Positions 12,713-25,400 of a stretch of DNA of 64,000 nucleotides are shown here, one piece after another. The notes beneath the pieces are model-generated. The model had not been told where the DNA came from. It was given only the letters and a program-made list of their open reading frames with translations, and did no database searches. The stretch comes from Squalus acanthias (lineage: Eukaryota), in contig CM059453.1 of NCBI GenBank assembly GCA_030390025.1, positions 6,200,001-6,264,000 on the forward strand. The letters are read 5' to 3'. Both the position numbers and the translations under genes were made by a program. Within the stretch, counting starts at the first letter, position 1. The number at the start of each line of letters is the position of its first letter.

Positions 12713-13754
12713 TCGCTATACCTCTACCTATTTATTTATCATTGGCTGTCTCTCTGGTTAACTTTCGTATTGTAAGGTTTTTTCCTTGAATAAGAAAAAA
12801 GTTTTATTTTGAAAACAAACAATGCATGTTTGAGGGGAAGAAAGAGGAAAGGAGGATAGGAACGTGAGGGAAAGGATACTCGGAAAACAAGCTGAAGAGA
12901 TGTCGCTCCGATATTACCCTTATGACAAACTATTGTAATGAAGAGACAGTTACCAAAGTAACAAGTGGAATTTGACAGAGTTATGGGTAATTCTAGTCGT
13001 GTGGAAATTATAAAAACGTGAGGGAGTAGTGGGAGTTTGACGGGGTAGGCGATGGGACTGGATTGAGGAGATTGGGGAAGCATAAATGACTGGGGAACAG
13101 GTGGGAAGGGAGTAGGCGTGCCGCATTTTCCCTGAATTTGACAGGACAAATTCATCATACAGGCATTCGTGACTCCTTTCTGCACCGCATCATGCAATAC
13201 CAATGCCACTGAAAGTAAATAAGAAAGTGACAGAAATATAGAGAATCAGTCGGGGGCGAGACAAAAGTGGGAAGAGTTAATTGGTGAGAAGCACAAGAGA
13301 TCAGAGAACGAGTGAACGAGAGAGTGACAGAAGCGAACGAGGAAATAAAGGGGGCAAAATGGCAATGAGAAGTCTTCAGCGACACGTAACAGAGACCGCA
13401 CTCTCTGACCTGCCACGCGTCACGTGACTGGGAAAATCTAATAATAAAATATTTTTAAAATGCATCTGAAGCAATTACAGTCAACATTTCCCACGATAAG
13501 TTCCTGTGCCCTAATTTCGAATGGAACCTGTCTGTGTGAACTGTTCAAACTGTAATTGCACCCTCCCGCAGTTTCAACTGGGTACATGGCCAGCTATGTT
13601 GGCGGAGCCTGATTGGAGCAAATTTAAACTTTAAAAAAAAGCAGAAACTCACCTGTTGTCGTGAGTGAGCATAAAACAGATTTCCAGATCCTGTGATTTT
13701 TTTCTGTCCAGATGCACAATGGAGGCTGAAATTAAATACGTCGAAATAAATGGT

Positions 13755-14050
13755 GGGCTGGAAATTAAGGCTGGAGGTATCCCTCCAGAGGACGCTTCCG
13801 ACCCGCCAAACAATTACGAAATCACCTGTTGGCGGGCAGGCTGCGAAAAGTTGCGGTCTCGGACCTCATGGCGGAGAGCAGCGTAATGGGCCACAGATCA
13901 AAGGGGCACAGGCAGTGCGGCAGCGAACCTGGGATCACATGGGCTTGGTCCTCCAATGACAAAGGAGATTTCCAATGCAGTCACTTCCGAAGGGAATCCG
14001 CTAATGATATGCAAGGGAATCCCGAAATGTAAAACTTATACAGTTAACAG
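13755..14050 (-). mobile_element. Truncated inverted copy of the putative MITE
   Basis: ggatcacatgggcttggtcctccaat..gaagggaatccgctaatg is the reverse complement of the 14600-14870 block. Confidence 0.6.
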
Positions 14051-14094
14051 AATTGGAATTTTAATCCTAATTACCTTCATTCCACCAAAGTCAA

Positions 14095-14868
14095 TGGGCC
14101 AGAATTTATGGTGTCTTTGACGGCATACGCTCAGCCTATGCCATCCTAATCCTTCAGTTTGGGCTCCGCAAATTCCAGGTGTACTAATGTGTTGCGCTTG
14201 CGCGCAAATCAGGAACCTGCGATCTGTCCAGGTACGCCTTGAGAAATCGAAAGAACCGACAGAGAAATCATATTCTCTGGCGCAGAGATGGGCTATTTGC
14301 CCAACTATTGCCCAACAATTGCTCACGAAACACTGATGGCGATTAAAGAATGCGTTGTGTCTGCTTTCACTATCGTAGCAGTTAATATAAATCATGATTT
14401 AAAATTTAAAAATCAAAACTGATGCACAAACAATTAAAATTCCTTTATGCAAATATTGGCCCAGCTTAAAGTGTTTAAAATTATTTTTCAAAATAATAAT
14501 TTTTTACTGCATTTGGTGTGATTGAGGGACTTTCAAATAAATTTGAAAAACAGAACATTTATATTTATTAGAGTTGTCAGAATTTTCTAATTATTCATGG
14601 CTTCCCTTGCACAGCATTAGCGGATTCCCTTCGAAAATGACTGCAATGGAATCCCCCATTCTGATTGGAGGACTCGGCCCACGTGATCCCAGTGACGCTT
14701 CCGGACCGATGACGTTCCTGGGATCCTTCAGCTTTTATCAGGCGAACGCCCGGAATCCCAGCATCCGAACTCTCCGCAGCTGTGCAGCCAAGGGCTTCGT
14801 TCGGAAATATTTCGCAAATGAGAGGTGTACTCAGGAAATATGCCTCCGACCGCAAATTCAGGACCAAT
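14095..14868 (+). mobile_element. Putative MITE with imperfect terminal inverted repeats
   Basis: Left end ATGGGCCAGAATTT, right end reverse complement ATTGGTCCTGAATTT; GC-rich arms around an AT-rich core; no coding capacity. Confidence 0.6.
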
Positions 14869-15087
14869 AAAAAAATATATTTTTGATAATTTCATACATC
14901 ATTAAAACAGTAATCGGGCCGATGTCTGCAAACACTCATTTAATACTATGTATGTGCATAATTTTGGGGTTTTAAATGTTTTATTGAAGCCTTAGATATG
15001 CCAATACGCTGTTGTAAACAGGCACTTTGCCTTAAGGATCTCTTTAAATAAGCCCCTGCTTTTTAGGCGCACCAGTAAGTAAAATTT

Positions 15088-15861
15088 AGGAGCCGAATTT
15101 GGCGACGCCTGCAGGTGCGTTCGAGATGAGTACGCACCTGCAGTGGCCGCGCAATTGCCGGGTTCAGGCATGCGAAGCGCATGCGCTAATACCGGACACT
15201 TTCTATCTGTCAAGAATCTTCTTGACAGATCCACCGCATCCACTGGAGAAGTGCCTCCGCGGGTGGAGATTTGCGCTTTTTGCACAACTTCCGCTCGCTG
15301 AAAGACAATATAATTCTTACGCCTAGTAAAAGCAGGCGTCAGGCCTGATTTTACTAGCATAAGAGTTTAAAATAACATTACAATTATTGTTTTCAATCAT
15401 TTAAACATTAAAATACATTTCCAATAATGTAAGTTTTTATTAGATGCTTTAAAACATTTAAATTTATTTTTCAAAAAACTACATTTCTGTTTAAAATATT
15501 TAATAAAACGGCATTTTAATTAATGTTATAAATGTAATGGTTTTTATTTATTTAATTCAGTGAGTTGGTGTATTTTTGTAGTCATCCCCATTTATACATT
15601 TGACAGTTCTGTGCGGACGCAACTGTCAAAGGTTTGAAGGGGGATTCCCTTCTTCCATTGGTTCGTCTGTCCCACGTGATCTCAGGGGCGCTTGGGAAGC
15701 GCATCTGCCCGTGGGATATTTGGGCTTTTGCGCACTTCGAAGAGGAGAGGCCTAGGATCGCAAACCTTGGTATCTACGGAACCAGCAGGTAGGTTCGTAG
15801 ATTTTTTTCCGATCAGAGGCCTCCGCCCGCAGGAAGCCTCCGAACGGAAATTCAGTGTCCT
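15088..15861 (+). mobile_element. Putative MITE, same family
   Basis: Left end AGGAGCCGAATTT, right end reverse complement AGGACACTGAATTT; internal palindromes gcgcatgcgc and ctgtcaag..cttgacag. Confidence 0.6.
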
Positions 15862-16157
15862 TGTCTCTGTTGTTTAATTGCAAGCTTTTTTGGCAACATG
15901 GTCCCCGGTTGTGAGGGTTCCTACTGCGGGCCAATGGATTACAGTGGATTAACAGACAGAGACGATGTTAGCTATGGTTTGTAAAATTATTATTTTCAAA
16001 CAATAGATGAAAAAAAATTGAAAAGTTACAATGATGAAAAATTAACACTCTCAACTGTATTCCAATGAACTCCACTTTGAGAACTTAAATCATAACATGC
16101 GACCGATTTTCTCAACAATCGCCATTCTCATAATGCTTATTTCAATATAATGTTTGA

Positions 16158-16163
16158 TTTATT
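16158..16163 (-). terminator. Candidate polyadenylation signal of gene A
   Basis: AATAAA on the minus strand ~75 nt after the stop codon. Confidence 0.5.
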
Positions 16164-16237
16164 TTATGTCATCAGGAGTTTTAAAGTATTGTCAGTTTCA
16201 AGACCATCCGCGCTGACAGTATAACTCCTGTCAACTT

Positions 16238-16405
16238 TCACTTATGCTTCATTGCTGCATATTCGCAGGTCTCCTCATTTTGAATATATTGATCATGTTT
16301 GCGGAAGTTTGAGAAATTGACGGTCGCGTACACAATCTCGTCATTCTGAGCTGGTTTAGTCGATTGAGCGGCGCCATGACCAGCCTCTGTACACTGATGG
16401 TCCCT
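16238..16405 (-). CDS. Gene A exon 8: terminal cytoplasmic exon with ITIM IVYATV and distal motif TCEYAAM
   Basis: cctttcgttacag|RDHQCTEAGHGAAQSTKPAQNDEIVYATVNFSNFRKHDQYIQNEETCEYAAMKHK*; homologous to 2305-2472 and 39503-39644. Confidence 0.88.
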   Translation of the reverse strand, partial: RDHQCTEAGHGAAQSTKPAQNDEIVYATVNFSNFRKHDQYIQNEETCEYAAMKHK

Positions 16406-19400
16406 CTGTAACGAAAGGAATTTGTGTTAGATGTGGAGCTGCAGTGAGGAAAGAGTTAAAATGACATTACTGGCAGTTTCACTGAATAGTGTAAAAAGGC
16501 AGGGGCTAAAATGAAGGGCCACATCTATAAAGATGTGGTCAAAGATAGCTGACCTTTGGAGTGATATAAAACAATTAAATGGAGACAGGATGTCCAACAC
16601 TTCAACTGCGTGTAAGAACTTTATTACCTAGGTCCCATTCCAAGGTATCTTTTAATTAGCATTCAGAAGTTTGAGTGATTGATTGAAGAGGCAGCTTATA
16701 CATGCTTATATTAAGATTCGTAACCAATCCGTGAAGGTGCATGCGGGCCAAGATGCAATCAGGTGGCAGGAGTGAATTGAGCATGAGATGGCCATGTGTA
16801 TTGTAATGTATAAAAATGTCGTGTTTGCTGTATCAATTTGGAGAAGTCTGGCTAGGAAAGAGCAGACTGTTTCCCCACCGGTGTAATAAAGACAACGTGA
16901 CTATCGATCTAAACCCTTGTGTCGAGTGTTGGTTTAAAATACTCCACAACAGAGCTATTGCAGATATGTGGTAAGTGGAGCAGGTCAGAGGCTGGGTATT
17001 CTGCGGCGATTGTCTCACCTCCTGGCTCCCCAAGCCTTTGCGCCATCTACAAGGTACAAGTAAAGAGTGTGATGGAATATTCTCCACTTGCCTGGATGAG
17101 TGCTGCTCCAACAACACTCAAGAAGCTCGACACCATCCAGGACAAAGCAGCCCGCTTGATTGGCAACCCTACCAACACCTTAAACATTCACTCCCTCCAC
17201 CACCGCACAGTGGCTGTAATGTGTACGATCTACAAGATGCACAGCAGAAATTTACCAAGGCTTCTTCCGCTGCACCTACCAAACACGCAACGTCTTCCTG
17301 CAAGAAGGATAAGGGCAGCAGGCGCATGGGAACGCAACCACCTCCAATTTCCACATCTCACTTAGAAGTATATCGCCGATCCTTCATTGTCGGTGGGTCA
17401 TAATCCTGGAACTCCCTCCCTAACAGTACTGTGGGACTACCTTCAGCGGTTCAAGAAGGCGGCTCACCACCACAGTTTCAAGGTCATTTAGGGATGCTCA
17501 ATAAATGCTGGCCTTGCCAGCGACGCCCACATCCCATAAACGAATAAAATAAAATATGGACCTGAATGCAATGGCAGTGTGCTGTCTGCACCAGAAAAAA
17601 ACAACTATTATCCCTAATAAGCTTTATAATGGGGCTGTTCAATGAGACGAGCATTGTTTTATCTTGATGCAAGAAACAAAGACCTGTCAATTGTATATCC
17701 AGACGAGTCGATAAGACTGGGGTGTGGGACTAAATTGGAAACTTCTTTCTAAGATCCAGCACAGGTACAACATTCCGAATATTGGCCTTCTGTACTGTAA
17801 AATGAGTCTAAGGCTTGGAAATAGCATTCTTGATCCGGCCTTTGAGAAATTGAGTTACAGATTTTGAAGACAAGGAAAATACGCTGAACCTTTATACATC
17901 AGTGGTTAGCCCTCGGCTGACGGATTCTGTCCAAATCTTTGCATAACACCGTCGAAAGGTTGTCAATGAATTAAAGAGGATACAGAGCAGTTTTACTAGA
18001 ATTATAGGAGGAATGAGGGACTGAACTTAAACATATAGTCCATGGAAACTGGGATTGTGTTTCCTTGGAGAAGATAATGTTAAAGAGAGCTTAGATATTG
18101 GTGATCAAAATTCTGCAGAATTTTGACACAAAATTTAGGAGAGAATGTTTCCACTGGCAGGAGGGTCGCTAACCAGAGGACACAGATTGGAAATATTTGG
18201 GACAAGAACCAAATAGGAGGTGAGAGTTTTTTTTTAGCTCAGCGAGTTGTGATCTGGAATGCGCTGCCTGTAGGTCGGTGGCAGCAGATACAACAATTAC
18301 TTTCAAAAGGGAATTGGATATAAGCGTGAACTTGAAAAAAAAATCAAATCAAGGCTAAGGGCAAACAGCAGACTAGTGTAACTAATTGGATAGCTCTTTA
18401 AAAGAGTCAGCACAGGCACCGTGGGCTGAATGGTCTGCTTCTGGGCTGCATGATTCTACGATTATTAAGACCGAAGCACTGCTATGCAATTAATATATTT
18501 TGATTTCCAGCCTCTGTTGTAGAAAAAATGCAGCAAACAGTTAATTGGATGAATGGCGAATTAATCTGTTTTAGCTGGTGTTCATTGAGGGAGAAATGTT
18601 TGTAAGTGCACTGGGAAAACTTTCATCCATCCCCACAATAGGACCAAGTTATCGATTCCCTCCATAGCAAGAAACAAACTGGGCCTCGTTTAACATCTAA
18701 TGAAAAAGGACGGGTCTTATGGCAATGCTGCACACGTTCAGTGCTGAAATGAGGTTTCAGCCCAGATCATATGTTCAAATGCTGGAGCGAAGCTTGAAGC
18801 CACAACATTCTTAACCAAAGGTGATGAACATGGGGCCCACTTCTGCAGCAAGATGCAACTCGGAAGTTGCACATAAACCTGAGGAATGGCAACGATTATC
18901 CCCTCTGGGGTCGCTGACACATTGTGATCTTGTTGGGCATTTAACAGATCAAACCTAATTGGAAGGGCTAAGATGACGTTGGAAACACATTCTTATGTTA
19001 CGAATTTGTTTTTTGAAGGAACGCCAAGGTGAGAAATACTCCCTAATTGGATTTAATCGGTCACTACACGTAGAGCCTGTTGCTATGTTGCTCTCTTGGC
19101 GACGTCAGGCGGTTAATCCTCCCTTAATGGCCGACACGTTTCTGATACTCCAGTTTATCTGTTGGGTACGGCCCGTTATGAATCACTTGCTGGTTGAAAG
19201 CACACAAAACATCCTACAATTGGCAGCCCAGCTTGGCGTCACTTACGTCAGTGTTTACTGCCTTATGCACCGTACTGTAAATCACCAAATTATCGTGTGC
19301 TTCGGTGACACGTGCAGCTTCTCCCTGTTTCTTTCTGAACAATAAAACATGCAAATTAGGCACTTCTCATAATTAACTGGAATGTTTAGTGAAAGTACTC

Positions 19401-22400
19401 GATGCCTGCGCGATGAAGGACGTCAGTAGGTCACGAAAGACTTAAGAACATAAGAACATAAAAATAGGAGCAGGAGTTGGCCATTCGAGACCCTCAAGCC
19501 TGCTCCGCCATTCAATAAGATCATGGCTGATCATCGACCTCAACTTCACTTTCCCAAACCATCTCTGTATACCTTGACTCTCCTAGAGTCCAAAGATTTA
19601 TTTATCTCAGCCTTGAAAATACTGAAAGACTCAGCATTCACAGCCCTCTGGGGCAGGGAATTCCAAAGCTTCACAACCCTCTGAGTGAAGAAATTCCTCC
19701 TCATCTCGGTCTTAAATGGACGACCCCTTATCCTGAGACTATCACCCAGAGTTCTAGTCACTCCAGCCAGGGAGAAACAACCTCTCAGCATCTACCCTGT
19801 CAATCCCCTTCTGAACCTTTTATGTTTCAATGAGACCACCTCTCATTCTTCTAAACTCCAGAGTGTTTTGGCAAATTGTACACAATCTATCATCAGAGGA
19901 CATCACTCTCACCCCAGGAATCAATCTAATGAAACTTCGTTGCACTGTCTCGAAGGGAAGTATATCCTTCCTTAGAGAAGGAGACCAAAATCGTGCACAG
20001 TACTCCAGGTGTGTTCTTATCTGTACAATTGTAGCAAGACTTCCTTACTCTTATACTCCACCCCCCTTGCAATAAAGGCCAACATGCCATTTGCCTGCCT
20101 TATTGCTTGCTGTACCTGCATGCTAGCTTTCTGTGTTTCTTGCACGATGACAGCCAAATCTCTCTGAACACCAACATTTAAAAGTTTCTCATCATTTCTA
20201 AAATATTATGTTTTTCTATTCTTCCTACCAAAGTGAATAATCTCAAATTTCCCTACATTATACTCTATCTGCCAACTTACTGCCCACTAATTTAATCTAT
20301 CCATATCCCTTTGCAGACTCTTTATGTTCTCCTCACAGCTTACTGACCGACCTAGCTTTGTATCAACAAACTTGGATACATTACACTCGGTCCCTTCATC
20401 TAGGTCATTAATATAAATTGTAAATTGCTGAGGCCCCAACAGTGATCCTTGCGGCACCCCACTAGTTGCAGCCTGCCAACCTGAAAAAGAATCGTTCATC
20501 CCCACTCTCTGTTTTCTGTCCGTTAACCAACCCTCTATCTATGCTACGATATTAGCCTCAACCCCATGAGTCCTAATCTTGTGTTCTAACCTTTTATGTG
20601 GCACCTTGTGGCAATTACTTCTCCTGATTAGCACAGACCAGATCCGAAACCAAATCTTTTCAATTTCCAACAACCAACATTTCAAAAGGGAACATTTTAC
20701 TTTATCTATGATAGGTGTTAATGGCACGGAGCTGATTGCTCTTGGTGAAAGATGAGTGTGATAAATAACGGTCAGTGAGAGGTTTATTAATGATTTCAAC
20801 CTGGTTAAATAGCAGATGCAAGTGTTTCAATCCTTTCTATTATTACGTAGACCACTTCAACACATTGGAGTTAGAAATCAGGAATAAATCAATATTCTTC
20901 ATCAATCTTTTTGCGATCATTGATTAGTTGATATTATTAAGCATGGAATTGCCTTCTTTATATATATCATTGTACATGAAGGGTTAAAAGCTGGCACCAC
21001 TCACACGAGTGTTTATGATAATTTTGTTGCGGTTTTTGTCGAAACATTGGCTGTTGAGGGGCGGCGCCTGTCCGAGGAGCAACGTCATAGATTTCAATTG
21101 AAAGCATTATGTCTGATTGGTTGAAGTATAAATTTGATTGGCAGCAGATTGCAAACCGATCTGGTTGTCATTTGAATTCACTGGGAGCCGTTCACAATTC
21201 TGAAGCTAATTATCAGCCTGCCTTTTAAAAGAAGGGAGTCTGTCTACGGCTTTCAGTGACAACTAGTCAGACCAAATAGCTTAAGTCACTGGTAAGAATA
21301 AGATAACAAGTGCAGCATAAATAATTGCTTGTTTCATACCTTAGTACATCATTGAAAACAATTTTGAAATATAATGTTCTATTCCTGGAGCCAACCAAAC
21401 TTAACACGTAATATAAACATATGTGTCACGTTACTTTTGCTATTTGCTTGTTGTTAGGCTGTTTGCTTGACTAGCTTGATTGTTAAAACTTAAGTATCAT
21501 TCTTGTGTAGTAATGTCGTTAGAGCTTGACATGATAAGGATGCTCGTGTGAGGGTGCCCAAATAAAACTAGCAGCAGAAACAAACTTAAATGGATTCTCC
21601 GCCTATTCTTTGAGCATGCTGCAAACTTTATCCAGATTACAACGGAGATGAAAACAATCACTGGCCTATAGGGTCATCTTTAAAACACCATTCTATGAAA
21701 TTAAGAATCACACATACCTTTGTATCTTCAGCATGAGCACGACTGCAATTAGAATAACAAGCCCTGTGGCTCCTCCTCCTATTATGAGGACGATTGTCGT
21801 GGAGAATATTCCTAAAATGTTGGGGAAAAAACATTGATGTACATTACGAAGTTGGGTTTAAACAACAATCTTCGAAGCACATTTATGAGCGTGAGGAAGC
21901 AAGTTTCCTTTCTGTTCGGATCAGAAAGCTAATGGAAAGTGAGGTAAATTAGGTACTCCGCTTGTCTCAACCTCATGATCCTTGCGTAAAAGCTTTTAAT
22001 TCCTGTGTTTCATCCTGGTGTAAATTGGAATTAATAATTGAAAATTCGCTGATGTAAAAATCTCAATTGATAAATTAAGTTCACGCGACAACCCACCCTC
22101 GGAAAATCAGTGTACATTATCTAATCGGATTACATTCCCGCCAAGCTCCCCAGTTACAGCGGTAAGATTTATAATCTATCGAGATAAAGCAATTTCGCTT
22201 AGTTTATTATATATCGGCGTTACACACTCAAATGAGTTTGATCAAGATAGAGATGAGCATTTATCTACAAACTGGTTGATTGCAGTTTGCTATCATGTAT
22301 TGAGAGCAATTTGGATTTTCTAAAAAAATATCTTAATTCAGAAGAATTTGTTTTCCAAGATCACTGGCTACTGCTGGTGCTCAGATAATTCCATCTTGTC

Positions 22401-25400
22401 TTGAAAATATAAACCGAACAGGTTTCAGAAGAATGAAAGTTAAAATGGATAATGCCGACGCAACCTTTCAGTTGCTGATTGACCACTGATCGAAAGAGGT
22501 CCTTACACTAATTAGAGATAGATTCAGTATGGACCTGCTTAATGGAGCTGGTATTTGCTGAAACTAACACCGTTCAGTTAGTGACTGACTATGATGGACC
22601 AACTCCCTTATAGTATTAAATTACAGACAATTTAAACATGTACCCTTAGAGTGGAGCTGGTATTTGCTGACAGAATCACCGTGCTCGTTTGCTGCAACAC
22701 ATGAGAGCAGGTTTCCGGTTCCGGTTGGGTGAGTGAATCTCAGGGAGCTCTCCATGAGGTGGCTTTTCACCGCCCAGGAGATGATATCCACATCTGACCT
22801 GTCCCCAGTGAGCCTTCTCCCGTTGAGGCACCACGTGATGTTTCCCGGCGGATTGGCTCTGATCCGGCAGCTACAATTCGTCCAATTCTCTGAGCTGGTG
22901 CATTTCGGGCCTATTAAAATTTTGGGTTTATCTAGAAAAAATGGAAACTTCAAAAGGAAATGATCATGTAAACAGTTGCAGTTTCGAAATACAATTAAGT
23001 AATGACTTGAACTAACGTAATAGTTCTGGTTGTTATATTTTAAGAAGTAGCTTTCATATGTTGCACCAGTTGAAGGCTTATTATATTTTCACGTATAAAA
23101 GGTGAGCTCGTTAGGAACAATTTCATATTAAGTCCAATGAGTGTTCAGTCCATCAATACCTCTCCTGACAGATGTTGTGAGGGACCCTCAGACGGAGCTA
23201 GCTCAGAGTTTTGATTATGTATAATATACCCACAAACGTGTCTCACCCGTCACTGTTTTAAAAGGTCAAGTCATTTAAATTTCTTCACTTTGTTTACTAT
23301 TTTAAACATCTTCATTTGTGGTGGACTTACGTGATTCTTCAATAAACGTCCGGCTAACAGGGCGACACGTCAAAGAAACAAGTCTCGGAATGTTACACAA
23401 TTAACTCCATATTATAACAAGTAATAGGAGTTGGCTTAACACCATGTTATCACACTTTTTTTAGAGAGAATTTGTGCTCATCAAACTGCTGCAAATCAGT
23501 TCTAAGTATTGGAAAATTCTTTATTTCATACTACGAGTATTATTTGTGAACAATTAGCTATAGAATAAAGGTCACAGTAAATGTGCTCCTGTCGCAACTG
23601 CATAAATGTATGAACTGCTGCATTTATGCCACAATGTGCCATCTTCCACTCCTGTCATACTGAGCGAGATGCCAGGTTAGTTTCCATTATTGGAGCCAGA
23701 GAGGTAGTTTGCCGCTATTTCCGCGGGAAGGGGTGAAACTATCCCGAACTCATGCACATGTGCACCTTAAAGCAAGCAGGCAAGAGAAAATTGGAATTTA
23801 ATCCAGAGTTCGTGAAATGAAAGGCTACTATCTAATTGGTAACTTAATACATACTTACATTGTACTGAAATCTGTGTGGAGCAGTTGGCGGTGCATAAGG
23901 CATTTTCAGCTATGCACCAATATTCATTATCGTCCTCAGAACGAATGTTGTGGAATATCTGCTTTAGTTCACCAGTGGAAGACCTGCTGGTCTCTTCACC
24001 ATTTTTCAACCAACTTAAACTGACCTGGGGTTTTTCCCAGGCCGTGCAGTATAATAATAATGAACTTCCTTCCACAGCTACTATAGAGGAGTTAATTGTT
24101 TGGATTTCCAGTCCATCTGAAACAGGCGTTAACGCAAAACGGGATTGCTTAATAAGCATAATTAAGCTCCGAATTAATTCATTATATTGGGTATGGGGAT
24201 CAGACGGGTAATTGGAGTTGAGTTCGATATTCCGCCATGATTGCCGGAGTGGCGGAGCAGGCTCGAAGGGCCGTATGGCCTACTCCTGTTCCTAATTCTT
24301 AAGTTCGTATTAAGCCCAACGAGAGCTGAGATCTGGTGTCATAGCTTCAGATCCTAACTCGGCATGGCTTTTGTTGCTTCCATGTCTGATTGATTAACTC
24401 AGAACTTGACTGGAAGTTCATAGAATAAAGATTAACTATCACGTTAAAAAATCTGTTGGAGGCACCATCATTGATTCATGGATATGAATGTCTCAAATGT
24501 AATACGACTGATGCGAATTAGAGGAGAGCCATCCCGAACCATTGATTATCGAATTGAGCTCCCCTGGTACAGAGGCTGAGCGTTTCATGATGCATTCTTT
24601 GATGCAGTTCTAATCACTAATAAATTACTTGTGGTAAAAGTGCAAATGTTTTTCCCCTTGGCATAAGTCTGTTTACTTTAGACCGGACACTTAGTGCAAT
24701 TTGTCACAGAGTGCAACTCGGAACAGAGTGTTAAGGTGCGAGTTTGGTTAGTGAGGGAGTTCGGGGAGGGAGGTGTTCCTTTCTTTTTCTATCTTTGTCA
24801 GCGTTCAGGAGAGCAGGAGCTAAAAAGCTGCACAAGAGCGGACAGAAAACCAGCGGGAGTTCGGCTCTGTGACACCCCCCAACCGGATCTGCAGAAAAAT
24901 AAAAGTTCAGTTCAAACAGAGTGCTGCGAATTGGGAATTGGTTCCTACTTTACACAAAGGAAAGAGTCCGAGAGCAGGAGCAGTCAAACAACAACAACTG
25001 CGAAAACGCTAAAGTGACTTCATAAACAGGGAAGGTGCTGATTGGTATCGAGGACCTGGTGAGTATTTGTACAGTCCAGTCGTTCAGGTAAAGTAAGATC
25101 TCTAGTTTAGAGTAAGTAGTATTTAAAGGGAAGTAAGGTCCCTAGTGTATTTAATATTCGTTCAAATAAAGTAAGTAAATGGCGTAAATTAAGGGTAGGG
25201 CGTGGCAGGGCAGGTCGGCAGCGTGAAGTGCTCCTGCTCTGCTCTGTGGGAAGTCAGGGACACTTTAGGTGTCCAAGGCGAACACATGTGCAGGAAGTGT
25301 CTCCAGCTGCAGCTACTGGAAATCCGCTTTTCGGAACTGGAGCTGCGGCTGGAGTCACTGCGGAGCACCCGCGAAACTGAGATCTTCCTGGATAGCACGT

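Noticed and set aside
12426-12789. ORFs spanning the N run
   Set aside because: Artefacts of the assembly gap.
21267-21288. Possible short alternative last exon after the TM (SDLSYLV*; B 41739-41760 SDLIYLV*)
   Set aside because: The acceptor is plausible, but exons 7-8 give a better supported tail and the conservation follows from paralogy; it needs RNA evidence.
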